DNA of 64,000 bases, taken from an uncultured Candidatus Saccharibacteria bacterium (GTDB lineage Bacteria; Patescibacteriota; Saccharimonadia; Saccharimonadales; Saccharimonadaceae). The notes under the pieces are model-generated. The model saw nothing but the letters and a program-made list of their open reading frames with translations. It made no database searches and was not told the DNA's origin. The DNA is taken from the NCBI GenBank assembly GCA_963516175.1, contig CAUPZG010000001.1, positions 17,972-81,971 of the forward strand, given 5' to 3'. Position 1 is the first letter of the stretch. Every line of letters starts with the position of its first letter. The position numbers were made by a program, and so were the translations under genes. Of this stretch, positions 51,519 to 60,679 are shown piece after piece.

Positions 51519-52313
51519 TCATTCTCTTAGTTTCCTCATCGCCTCCACTATCTCCTCATGAACGATTCCATTGCTTAATACCGCCCCACAAATATCCTGA
51601 TCATACCGCTGCTCCCGGCCGAAGAGGTCGGTCACCTTACCGCCAGCTTCCTCAACGATAACTTTTGCCGCTGCAATATCAACATTTTTGCCCTTCGTGC
51701 CAGCAAAGACCGACGCAACAAACTCACCGCGTGCCACTAAGGCTGCCGCGTGCGTCGCGCTTCCTGGCGCTGTAACATATGCGCCCTTCTCATACGCTAA
51801 CTTGTGAATCACCCGCATAATATCCCACTCTGCACTCGGCCACCAATCTACGTTCATCCCAGTCATTCCACCAAAAGTCTTCTTATTCACGTAAATCTGT
51901 TTACCATTCATAAACGCACCATAGCCACGCACCGCCCAATATAAATGATCGCCAAACGGGGCATAAATCACACCGACTTCCGGTTGGCCGTCAATTACTA
52001 ATGCCAAAGAGAACACCGATACCGGTAGCTCCATCGCGAAGGGTACCGTGCCGTCAATCGGGTCACATACCCACACATAGTCCGAGCCACGGCGAGCACT
52101 CGCTTCTTCACCGTCAATATCATGGGCTGGATATCGCTCAGCTACTCGCTTGATCACAAGCTGGTTGATTTCCTCATCGGCAACGGTCACGATCGTATTG
52201 TCGGCTTTAAAGTGAGTATTCGGTTTTTTACCAAAATATTTTTGCATAATGTCGCCCGCTTCGTACGCTACACTTTTTGCAAAATCAAGCCATTCTTGTT
52301 GTTGGTCAGTCAT
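51519..52313 (-). CDS. Inositol monophosphatase family protein
   Basis: VTVADE, GEE, WVCDPIDGT, DIAAA..IVEEAGGKVTD. Confidence 0.92.
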   Translation of the reverse strand: MTDQQQEWLDFAKSVAYEAGDIMQKYFGKKPNTHFKADNTIVTVADEEINQLVIKRVAERYPAHDIDGEEASARRGSDYVWVCDPIDGTVPFAMELPVSVFSLALVIDGQPEVGVIYAPFGDHLYWAVRGYGAFMNGKQIYVNKKTFGGMTGMNVDWWPSAEWDIMRVIHKLAYEKGAYVTAPGSATHAAALVARGEFVASVFAGTKGKNVDIAAAKVIVEEAGGKVTDLFGREQRYDQDICGAVLSNGIVHEEIVEAMRKLRE

Positions 52314-52834
52314 ACTCTACTCCTTAATAATATATTTCTCAGTGCCATCACTACTGCATCATCCAGCACTCGTACTCGATCCCTATGCCGATCGCTATAC
52401 CCAAGCGCACCCTTCTGATTTGTATAGAGCGTTATGTGCGGAATGATAAACTCCGCCCGTGGGATCAGCTCACGAATGGCATCACGCCACGTTTCTAGTT
52501 CATCCCATCGAACGAGCGCGATAATCGTTTCACGGTCAGTCGTGTCATCCTTTAGCCTGAGAAAATCACCGGTCAATTCTGGCTCTGTAGTCATTGCTGC
52601 ACCGGCTTGACACGATACCCGCTCTAACCGTCTATACACAGCCTCATCTAGCCCGTACTCCTCACGCACCGCAAATAATGACAAATGAAATTCATCAGCT
52701 TTCAGCGATAGCTCCGCCACCTGACGCGGAAAGTCTATCGCACGAACCAAATCAGTCATATCATACATGATATAATCATGTGTCCGATCAATGACAAAAT
52801 TGCTCACTCGATTGGTGCGCGTAGATTCGTTCAT
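52310..52834 (-). CDS. Putative 2H phosphoesterase
   Basis: Two HxS/T motifs about 85 aa apart: FHLSL and PHITL. Confidence 0.65.
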   Translation of the reverse strand: MNESTRTNRVSNFVIDRTHDYIMYDMTDLVRAIDFPRQVAELSLKADEFHLSLFAVREEYGLDEAVYRRLERVSCQAGAAMTTEPELTGDFLRLKDDTTDRETIIALVRWDELETWRDAIRELIPRAEFIIPHITLYTNQKGALGYSDRHRDRVRVLDDAVVMALRNILLRSRV

Positions 52835-52882
52835 ATTGAATGGCTCCTGCGATTAGTTAATGCTGGCATGAGAAGTTTCTCC

Positions 52883-53167
52883 AAATAAAATCACCTCTTC
52901 TGACTTCGAGAATCCGCTGGAGGTGTTTTAGGCGGACGGTACCATCTCGATTCCAAAAGAAGTGATTCTTCGCGGGCTTTGCCGAGTTGACCGGCATCCA
53001 CGCACTCTTTTAGCGCTCAATTTTCACTTTGTCGCAGCGAGCCGCGGCGGGATCTAATCTCAGCTCCAATAAACAACCGATTTCTTCCCGCAGGCTTCGC
53101 GGTTGATAGCCGCTCATTTCGCGCTAATATCGCCAAGACTACTACCCAGCACACGCAAAAACGCCCT
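52883..53167 (-). ncRNA. T-box riboswitch (Ile, transcriptional)
   Basis: Minus strand: candidate specifier GAA-ATC (53079-53081); T-box AATCGAGATGGTACCG; antiterminator GAGA-TGGTACC-GTCCGC...GCGGAT-TCTC; terminator CACCTC...GAGGTG-ATTTTATTT; -10 TACAAT at 53174-53179. Confidence 0.85.
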
Positions 53168-53206
53168 ACTCTCATTGTAGCGCATTTTCACGAAAATCCC
53201 AAGAGA

Positions 53207-53893
53207 TTATTTAATTTCCAGACCACCCAAGATGCATTCACCCTTCAGGTAAATCGTCTTTTTAACAGAAGACTTCGGCGCAGTTTTATCCTCGCTACCG
53301 CCCAAAATACCGCGAACCTCATTTTGGATAATTACGTCATCCGGCAGGCTGACGCTAATACCGCCGCAAAGGGCAAAGACATCAATTACCGCACCATCCT
53401 TAATCTTCGCCTGACGTAGATCCAATTCTACGCCGCCAAATATTGCCGTTAGCGAGCCGCCAGTATAGTTGCCTTTCACCCGTGATTCTTCACTATAAAA
53501 AATTACAACTTTTTCACTATCATCACCATCGGCTGCCCGCTTTTTAGATTGTCGGCGACCTGAGCCAATACCAAGCACAACTGCCAGGCCAACCAGGATC
53601 AGCATCACCGGCCAAAATAGCTTCCACACACTAATATTGATGATGTTATAGGCATTCAGCCCGATCGCTACAGCGACAGCCACCAGCAGCAGCCCCCATA
53701 CCCAGCCTGTCGGTCTGCGAGAGCTAAATAGCACTGACAAGCCGGCCATGAGGAATATGCCAGCCCAAAAGGTGCCCCAAAACAGAGGCCAGTTATCAAA
53801 GGTAATAACTCCGAGATTCCGCAGCAGCAAAATCCCGCCGAGCGACACAATGGTAACACCCAAAAACGCTCTAATGAGAAAATTTTTCTTCAT
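53207..53893 (-). CDS. LiaF/DUF2154-like cell-envelope stress membrane protein
   Basis: Four TM segments with WKLFWP, then AIFGGVELDLR and LCGGISVSLP beta domain. Confidence 0.82.
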   Translation of the reverse strand: MKKNFLIRAFLGVTIVSLGGILLLRNLGVITFDNWPLFWGTFWAGIFLMAGLSVLFSSRRPTGWVWGLLLVAVAVAIGLNAYNIINISVWKLFWPVMLILVGLAVVLGIGSGRRQSKKRAADGDDSEKVVIFYSEESRVKGNYTGGSLTAIFGGVELDLRQAKIKDGAVIDVFALCGGISVSLPDDVIIQNEVRGILGGSEDKTAPKSSVKKTIYLKGECILGGLEIK

Positions 53894-53944
53894 ATGCCCA
53901 GTATACGGATACCAGCACCATTATTCAATACGGCCAATTTTAAT

Positions 53945-54556
53945 CTATGCGAATAACTCGCGCCCAAATGTTGCTAGGATAACAACAACTATCACAGCAG
54001 CTACCAGCGCTAATAAGAATGTATCAAATCCTCGATCGACAAATTTCCTCATACGTTTACTACCAATCGCGCCGGTCACCACATTATATCTCGTCAGTCC
54101 ATAACAAACCAGCAGCATACCTGCGTCTAGCGTCAAACACCACGGACACAGTGCACCAATCTCGACATAACTCATATAGAACATCCAGCCAGCAAACAAC
54201 AGGCCGACCACCGCGCCCAGCTGTGCGCCCCACATAAACCATTTCGGAAACTTCGCACCTGCCAGCAATGCCACCCCGATAGTCACCATCACTGGCAGTG
54301 TCATCATACCGATAAAGCTATTCGGGAAGCCGAGTAGCGCCGCTGACCAGTGATTTGCCACTACCGAACAGCTTATCGCGGCATTTAAATCACAGCTCAG
54401 TGTAGCATGTGAATTTTTAGCAAGCGTCAGCGCTTCAATTGATAGTACAAATGACGCCAGTAAACCCACACCACTACCAGTCAGCAATGCTAGTGCTGCA
54501 AGCCGCTGGCGTCTTAAACCTTTGTTTGCACACCACTTACGCAGTGTATCAAACAT
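53945..54556 (-). CDS. Vitamin K epoxide reductase (VKOR) family disulfide-bond protein
   Basis: Loop cysteines SCDLNAAISC, LGFPN, and active-site LCPWC. Confidence 0.92.
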   Translation of the reverse strand: MFDTLRKWCANKGLRRQRLAALALLTGSGVGLLASFVLSIEALTLAKNSHATLSCDLNAAISCSVVANHWSAALLGFPNSFIGMMTLPVMVTIGVALLAGAKFPKWFMWGAQLGAVVGLLFAGWMFYMSYVEIGALCPWCLTLDAGMLLVCYGLTRYNVVTGAIGSKRMRKFVDRGFDTFLLALVAAVIVVVILATFGRELFA

Positions 54557-54806
54557 AAAAACTCACCTCGCTAATCGTCGGTAGTGGCAATCCGCGCCAC
54601 ATATTTTGCATCTGGCTATCGGTGCTTAGAGCAATAATCGTTGGATACTCAACGATATCATATGTCCGACAAAAATCGCTGCCCTCGGCCGAATCCGGAT
54701 CAAGCTCCTCAATCGTATGCCCCGTTTGCCGACTAAAGTCATGCAAAAAGCTAGTGACTTGGCGCGCATAATCACTCTCCGCCCGATATACAACAACGAC
54801 TCGCAT
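54549..54806 (-). CDS. Small thioredoxin-like protein lacking CxxC
   Basis: 85 aa with YDIVEYPTIIA cis-Pro-like motif and a single Cys; coupled to nrdR and VKOR. Confidence 0.65.
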   Translation of the reverse strand: MRVVVVYRAESDYARQVTSFLHDFSRQTGHTIEELDPDSAEGSDFCRTYDIVEYPTIIALSTDSQMQNMWRGLPLPTISEVSFYV

Positions 54807-55258
54807 TATTCTCGACCTTTCTGGCGACGCTGCTCTAGTATCTCGACGAAGTCATCGAGCGTCTCAAATTTCTGAAACACGCTGGCGAAACGCACATACG
54901 CCACTTCGTTACACTTCGCTAATTCATCCAGCACAAACTCGCCGATTTGCCGCGACGGCACTTCTGATACGCCCAGCGCATATAATTTATCCTCAACAGC
55001 CGTAATAATTGACTCGACCTCTTCGTCGGACTTGAGGAATTTACCGACCGACTGACGCACTGCATGCGCGAGCTTGACGCGGTCAAATAATTCGCGACTA
55101 CCATTATTCTTGATCACGATTAGGTTTGGTTTTTCGACTCGCTCATAGGTGGTAAAACGCCGCCCATCGGGCGTCTCGCGGCGGCGGCGAATTGCCACAC
55201 CATCAGAAACCTCTCGCGACTCAATTACGCGGCTGTCACCAATATTGAATCCACTCAT
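54806..55258 (-). CDS. nrdR: Transcriptional repressor NrdR (zinc-ribbon cysteines absent)
   Basis: SRVIESR, IRRRRE, RFTTYE, ATP cone, VAYVRFASV. Confidence 0.93.
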   Translation of the reverse strand: MSGFNIGDSRVIESREVSDGVAIRRRRETPDGRRFTTYERVEKPNLIVIKNNGSRELFDRVKLAHAVRQSVGKFLKSDEEVESIITAVEDKLYALGVSEVPSRQIGEFVLDELAKCNEVAYVRFASVFQKFETLDDFVEILEQRRQKGRE

Positions 55259-56452
55259 TTATTCCTCCTTATTCTTTTTGCGACGGCGAAGGAATGCTGG
55301 CGTGTCATCCTCATCCGCTTCATCCTCGACTGGCTGATCCCAGATATTATTTTCCTGCTCAGCTGTAAAATCCGTCGCTCCGCTCTGCTCGCTAAGCTCC
55401 AGATCAATTCCTTCAACTACCTCGTCATCGACCTCATCAGCCTCTGATTCATGAGGCGTCTCGCCCGTTAAACTCACCTCATGATCATGATACGTCTCGC
55501 TATCGAACCCAGTGGCGATAACCGTGATAATCACCTCGTCTTCGAGCTCTGGCTTGAGCGTTGCACCAAAGATAATATTAGCATCAGGACTGACCGCGCT
55601 GGTGATGACCTCGGCTGCCTCCTGAATTTCTGCCATACTCATGTCATAGCCACCAGTCACGTTAAACAGCACACCCTTCGCGCCGTCAATCGAGACCTCG
55701 ATCAGTGGACTTTCAATTGCTTGCTGAGCGGCCTGCACTGCACGATTCTCGCCATCAGCTCGACCAATCCCCATCAGCGCCGAACCAGCCCGACTCATCA
55801 CTGCCTTGACGTCAGCAAAGTCGAGATTAATCAAACCATGTTCGGTAATTAACTCCGAGATACCTTGCACGCCTTGACGCAGCACATCATCAGCGATCTT
55901 GAATGTCTCGAGCAGCGGTGTCCGTCGATCAATCGTCTGCAGTAGTCGATCATTCGGAATGGTAATCAAGGTGTCGACTTGGCGACCCAGATGAGTAATC
56001 GCCCAGTCCGCATTCACTCGACGTTTCTCGCCTTCAAAACTAAACGGCCGTGTCGCCACACCAACCACCAGGATGTCCATCTCGCGCGCAATCTCTGCCA
56101 CGATATGCCCAGCGCCTGATCCAGTACCGCCACCAGCACCAATTGTCACGAATACCATGTCCGCACCCTCGAGCGCCTGGCGAATTTCCTCGCGCGACTC
56201 ATTAGCTGCCGCCTCACCAACCATCGGATCAGCACCAGCACCCAACCCATTGGTCGTGGTATGCCCGAGGTGAATCTTGACATCTGCCTTGGAATTGTGC
56301 AGCGCCTGAGCATCAGTATTCATGGCGATAAACTGCACGCCAGCGAGCCCTGCATCTTTCATCCGATTGATGGCCGAACCGCCAGCTCCACCGACACCAA
56401 CAACTTTGATACTGGCAAACGTTTGAACTTCACTTGGTGTAATCTGCGGCAT
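55259..56452 (-). CDS. ftsZ: Cell division protein FtsZ
   Basis: [22 protein letters not shown]-terminal DTPAFLRR. Confidence 0.98.
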   Translation of the reverse strand: MPQITPSEVQTFASIKVVGVGGAGGSAINRMKDAGLAGVQFIAMNTDAQALHNSKADVKIHLGHTTTNGLGAGADPMVGEAAANESREEIRQALEGADMVFVTIGAGGGTGSGAGHIVAEIAREMDILVVGVATRPFSFEGEKRRVNADWAITHLGRQVDTLITIPNDRLLQTIDRRTPLLETFKIADDVLRQGVQGISELITEHGLINLDFADVKAVMSRAGSALMGIGRADGENRAVQAAQQAIESPLIEVSIDGAKGVLFNVTGGYDMSMAEIQEAAEVITSAVSPDANIIFGATLKPELEDEVIITVIATGFDSETYHDHEVSLTGETPHESEADEVDDEVVEGIDLELSEQSGATDFTAEQENNIWDQPVEDEADEDDTPAFLRRRKKNKEE

Positions 56453-56505
56453 TTTCTTCTCCCTATCTTTCTCTTATCAAGTATACCATCTTTGTCTACT
56501 AGCTC

Positions 56506-57729
56506 CTACTTGAACCTCGCTAGCAATCGACTAATCATTCCGCCAGCTTTCTTGGTCACCGAACTTGCCTTGCTGTGTGCATGCTCGGTTCGCTCAGCCC
56601 CTGCCCCGTCAATGAGCATCAGGCCAATCGCCGCCGCGAATTCTGGACCGTTCGCCTCGTCGCTCACGCCCGCATACCCTGCCGGCACGCCTAGTTTAGC
56701 CGCCACACCGAGGCTATTTTTGGCAAATTCAACCATACCCTTAACCTTAGCGCCACCACCAACCAGCACCACACCGCTCGGCAGTCGCCCGATACCACCA
56801 GCCCGCTTTAACTCTTTGGCAACCAGCTCGAAAATCTCCTCATAGCGCGCCTCGACAATCTCATCAATCTCGCTTTGTTCAAATGTATACACCTGTTTGT
56901 CGTGCTTGGTATCAACGCGACCAGCCTTACCGCCACCCAGCCGGGCATGTGCTAATTTAACTGCCTCAGCGATCTCCGGGTCAGTCTTTAGCCCAATCGC
57001 CACATCATTTGTCACATTCTGCGCTCCCATGGGGATCACCGCCACGTGCTGCAAATCACCCTCTTCAAATACTGCCACCCCGGTCGTGCTACCGCCAATG
57101 TCGATAACCGCCACGCCGTTCTCAATCTGTGACTCACTCAGCACCGCTCGCGCTGCCGCCAGTACACTCGGTGTCAAGCTCGAGGCAGTAACATTCGCCA
57201 TCTCGGCTGACCGGCGTAAATTCGCTACATACGGCGTTAGGCCCGAGACCACATTTGCTCGCAGCTCCAGGCGCGTGCCGCTCATCCCCACCGGATCCTT
57301 AATATTATCCTGTCCATCCAGCCGATAAGCATGCGGCACAATCTCCAAAATCTCTCGATTAGCCGGTACTTTCCCGGTGGTTGCCACCTCCTCAATCCGC
57401 AGCACATCCTCGTCTGTCACTTCGCCACCGCTCATACCCACGGCGATCATACCATCAGCCTTGGTGCTCAGAATGTGCGACCCATTAACGCTCAATGCCG
57501 CCGCATTGATGTGATGACCGCTCATGCGTTCGGCCGCCTCGAGTGCCTTATCAATCGCCGCCGCTGGCCCCGTCAAGTTCGACACCGCACCTTTACGCAT
57601 GCCGCTGTTCTCACTGACGCCAACGCCAACAATGTTCGGCAACCCCGACTCCCCGATATGTCCAACCACGCAGCGCACGGTCTTCGTACCAACATCAATT
57701 CCTACCACATATCGAGATTGTTCTTGCAT
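56506..57729 (-). CDS. ftsA: Cell division protein FtsA
   Basis: GIDVGT, GMRKG, DIGGSTT, AEAVK, GVVLVGGG. Confidence 0.96.
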   Translation of the reverse strand: MQEQSRYVVGIDVGTKTVRCVVGHIGESGLPNIVGVGVSENSGMRKGAVSNLTGPAAAIDKALEAAERMSGHHINAAALSVNGSHILSTKADGMIAVGMSGGEVTDEDVLRIEEVATTGKVPANREILEIVPHAYRLDGQDNIKDPVGMSGTRLELRANVVSGLTPYVANLRRSAEMANVTASSLTPSVLAAARAVLSESQIENGVAVIDIGGSTTGVAVFEEGDLQHVAVIPMGAQNVTNDVAIGLKTDPEIAEAVKLAHARLGGGKAGRVDTKHDKQVYTFEQSEIDEIVEARYEEIFELVAKELKRAGGIGRLPSGVVLVGGGAKVKGMVEFAKNSLGVAAKLGVPAGYAGVSDEANGPEFAAAIGLMLIDGAGAERTEHAHSKASSVTKKAGGMISRLLARFK

Positions 57730-57750
57730 ATGCTTAGTATACCAGATAGC

Positions 57751-58518
57751 CTAGAGTGTCGTCAAAATCTCAGCACCAGTTTCAGTAATCAACACAGTGT
57801 GTTCAAAGTGTGCCCCCAAACTACCATCCTTCATGCTAATCGTCCAGCCGTCATCCTCGGTAACAATTTTTTCACCACCGAGACTAGCCATCGGCTCAAT
57901 GGCAATTGTATCACCTGCGTGCAGCATCGGCCCGGTACCGCGTCGGCCATAATTTGGAATCTCCGGGCTCATATGCATCTCCAGTCCCACGCCGTGACCA
58001 ACCAGCTCGCGAATGATGCCCAATTTCGCTTTCTTCAATACCGCTTCCACGCCCGCCGAGATATCGCCAACGCGTGTTCCCTCGCCAGAAATCGCATCAA
58101 TTCCCGCATATAAACTCTGTTCCGTCGCGTGCAGCAAATGCTTCTTAGCGCCGCGCGGCTCTTCGTCAATCACCATAGTAAACGCGCTATCGGTTTTCAT
58201 ACCACGGTAGCCGATCACCAGATCAAAACTCACCACATCGCCCTTCTCGAACACATAGTCTGTCGGAAATGAGTGCACCAATTGTTCATTGGTCGACACG
58301 CAAATCACCCCTGGAAATTTTACCTCATCCGTCAAATACGTTGCTTCCGCACCAAAATCCTTGATTCGCCCGAGCACAAATTCATTGACGTCCAGCTCAC
58401 TCATGCCAGCCGTTACGTTCCGGCGTAGCTCGTCATAAATCGTTGCCAACATCCGTCCGCATTCGCGCATATCCCGCATCTGCTGTGGAGTTTTTTCACC
58501 AGTAATCAGCGCTGGCAT
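57751..58518 (-). CDS. map: Methionine aminopeptidase type I
   Basis: DSAFT, GHGVG, AIEPM, AHFEHTV. Confidence 0.96.
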   Translation of the reverse strand: MPALITGEKTPQQMRDMRECGRMLATIYDELRRNVTAGMSELDVNEFVLGRIKDFGAEATYLTDEVKFPGVICVSTNEQLVHSFPTDYVFEKGDVVSFDLVIGYRGMKTDSAFTMVIDEEPRGAKKHLLHATEQSLYAGIDAISGEGTRVGDISAGVEAVLKKAKLGIIRELVGHGVGLEMHMSPEIPNYGRRGTGPMLHAGDTIAIEPMASLGGEKIVTEDDGWTISMKDGSLGAHFEHTVLITETGAEILTTL

Positions 58519-59057
58519 GCGTATATCACCTCTTCATAAATCCGATCATGGACCTCGCCAGCTGTCCCAACGCCATCCAGATGGACAATCCTCACGTCAG
58601 CCTCAGCAAAAATCCCCAACACCGGATACATTTTTTGCCGATAAATCGTCATTCGCCGGGCAATCGCCTCTGGTGTATCCTCCAACCGACCGCGCTTTTC
58701 TAGCCGCCGCATAATCTCCGCCTCCGGCACTTCCAGTGAAATCACCGTATCAATCTTCTCATTCATCCGCGCCATGTACTCATCGAGCCACGCCGCTTGT
58801 TCCTTCGTACGCGGAAAGCCATCTACGATGATATTTGGATATTTTTTATCGCGCGCATCCTGCACTGCTTGCTCAAACACCTGGTAAATCAATTCATCGC
58901 TCACCAATTCGCCCGAACGCAAAATATCAATCACTGCCGGATCATTACTCCGGCGCAGCATCTCGCCAGTCGACAGCCACTTCCAGCCCTGACGCGCCGC
59001 TAACATCTGTCCCTGCATACTCTTGCCAGCCCCCGGCGGCCCAAATAATAAGATCAT
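58506..59057 (-). CDS. adk: Adenylate kinase (short LID)
   Basis: GPPGAGKS, STGEMLR, GELVSD, DGFPRT. Confidence 0.9.
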   Translation of the reverse strand: MILLFGPPGAGKSMQGQMLAARQGWKWLSTGEMLRRSNDPAVIDILRSGELVSDELIYQVFEQAVQDARDKKYPNIIVDGFPRTKEQAAWLDEYMARMNEKIDTVISLEVPEAEIMRRLEKRGRLEDTPEAIARRMTIYRQKMYPVLGIFAEADVRIVHLDGVGTAGEVHDRIYEEVIYACQR

Positions 59058-59086
59058 CCCTCGCTCCTTATACTCGTATTGTTATG

Positions 59087-59542
59087 TTATTTTGCTAGCA
59101 TTTCTTTGGCAATTTTCGCAATCAAGGCGCCATCAGCCGCACTGCCAGCCTTGGCCTTCACCGCACCGATCACCTGACCCATTTGCTGCATCGTCGCACC
59201 CAAATCAGCAACCGCTGCCTCGACCATTGCCCGAATCTCATCTTCACTCAGCTGTTTAGGCAAAAACTCCTGTAAAATTGCTGCCTCTTTCTCCTCTGGT
59301 TCAGCCAATTCCGCCCGGCCATTTGCTCGATATAATTCGGCACTTTCTTTGCGTTTTTTGACTTCGCGGGCGATAACCTTCTCGACTTCTGCATCGTTTA
59401 GGCCCTCGTCGCGCTTACCGAGCGACACCTCCTCATTAAGAATTGCCGCCTTCAAACTACGCAGGACATCACCTCGAAAACGATGCCGCCCTAGAAGAGC
59501 GGCTTTCATTTCATCAGCAATACGCGCTTTGAGCGCCGACAT
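59087..59542 (-). CDS. GatB/YqeY domain protein
   Basis: EVKKRKESAELY..GR.ELA, FLPKQLS, MGQVIG, ADG. Confidence 0.92.
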   Translation of the reverse strand: MSALKARIADEMKAALLGRHRFRGDVLRSLKAAILNEEVSLGKRDEGLNDAEVEKVIAREVKKRKESAELYRANGRAELAEPEEKEAAILQEFLPKQLSEDEIRAMVEAAVADLGATMQQMGQVIGAVKAKAGSAADGALIAKIAKEMLAK

Positions 59543-59760
59543 TAACGCGTCGCCCCCATGCGCATCCTGGCTGTTTTCTCGGCCCGGCGCTCACGGCGAA
59601 TAATCGCTTTCTTGCGGCGCTCAGCCTTGGAAATCGGCTTTGCAAATCGCATCACCGACTTTGCCCGCGCAAGGACACCGCTCTGCAGCACCTTGCGATT
59701 AAAGCGACGAATCACATTCTCGTTCGCTTCCTTCTGATCTTTACGTGTAACTTGAACCAT
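59542..59760 (-). CDS. rpsU: 30S ribosomal protein S21
   Basis: MVQVTRK..E..ENVIRRFNRKV..SGVL..KP; upstream of yqeY; start ATG 59760. Confidence 0.85.
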   Translation of the reverse strand: MVQVTRKDQKEANENVIRRFNRKVLQSGVLARAKSVMRFAKPISKAERRKKAIIRRERRAEKTARMRMGATR

Positions 59761-59801
59761 ACTTTTTGGATTATAACAGATGAGAAATATTTTTGCAAAA
59801 C

Positions 59802-59839
59802 AAAACCCTCGCCCCAATTAGTCTCGGGGCGAGGTCTTT
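59802..59839 (-). terminator. Intrinsic terminator after the orphan gene at 59880-60479
   Basis: CCTCGCCCC/GGGGCGAGG stem with a flanking T-run on the minus strand. Confidence 0.72.
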
Positions 59840-59879
59840 GCGTGATATCATTACCCCAGAAAGACCATAGCCCGAGCAC

Positions 59880-60479
59880 CTAGACTCCAACTTCTTCAGG
59901 ATTCTGCTGAGCCTCAAGCCAACCCTGCAGCACCCGCATCTGGTCAATATCCTTCTGCTGTTCATCGGCAGGAAGATCTGCATATGACTGTGCTAGTACG
60001 GAATTACCGTATTGTGGATCGAGAACCCACTGGTTACGCTCCAGCCAGTTAGCATGAATTAACGTACCATACTTTTCTTGCACCTCTGGGTCAGACAGAT
60101 CCAAAGCACGGATGTTATCGGCGCCCACCTCATCCACCAAGCTAATGAGGAATTCTGCACCACCACGGTTCTGCCCTTTCCAATATTCAGAAAACTGATC
60201 ATACGGCACATTAGCAATGTCAATCACCATTGACTGCGCTAAAGCAAGCGCCGCCTCTGAAGTATATCCTTCACTTTCTAGCTGCGCCGCCACTTCTTCG
60301 GGAGACTTTCCTCGCAAATCTTTTTCACCATTTGCCCCACGCCACGCTGGTTCAAACGTACCATCTTCACGTTTTGGATAATTTTTTTCAGCATAATCCC
60401 GTGCCAATGGTATCGCTAACGACTCGACACGTGGGTCTAGCCCTTGTTCTTTTTCAATTTTTTCATAATTTTGTGTCAT
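59880..60479 (-). CDS. Hypothetical acidic protein with RyR-domain-like segment
   Basis: IHANWLERN...SYADLPADEQQKDID; AAGGAA SD and own promoter. Confidence 0.72.
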   Translation of the reverse strand: MTQNYEKIEKEQGLDPRVESLAIPLARDYAEKNYPKREDGTFEPAWRGANGEKDLRGKSPEEVAAQLESEGYTSEAALALAQSMVIDIANVPYDQFSEYWKGQNRGGAEFLISLVDEVGADNIRALDLSDPEVQEKYGTLIHANWLERNQWVLDPQYGNSVLAQSYADLPADEQQKDIDQMRVLQGWLEAQQNPEEVGV

Positions 60480-60679
60480 GTCTATTTCCTTCTTGTGTTT
60501 AGCAAGCTTTATATTATGAGTTCATACTACTCTCTTTTTTGTGATTTGTCAAGTTACTGACATTACCCGAGAGAAGTGCGTAGTTTCGATATATAACGTC
60601 GTTGCGAATTTCACAACGAAAAACCCACTGCACTCAAGCGACTAGTTGTCACCTCCAGATAAAAGTTGTAATTACCACA

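Noticed and set aside
52880..53170. tRNA or tmRNA in the long intergenic gap
   Set aside because: No cloverleaf or T-loop pattern; a T-box leader explains the region better.
59761..59817. N-terminal extensions in the ORF track for rpsU, murD, recF, lepB, hpf, padR, uppS and the Tim44-like gene
   Set aside because: The extensions run through promoter motifs or upstream genes; downstream starts match the family N-termini.
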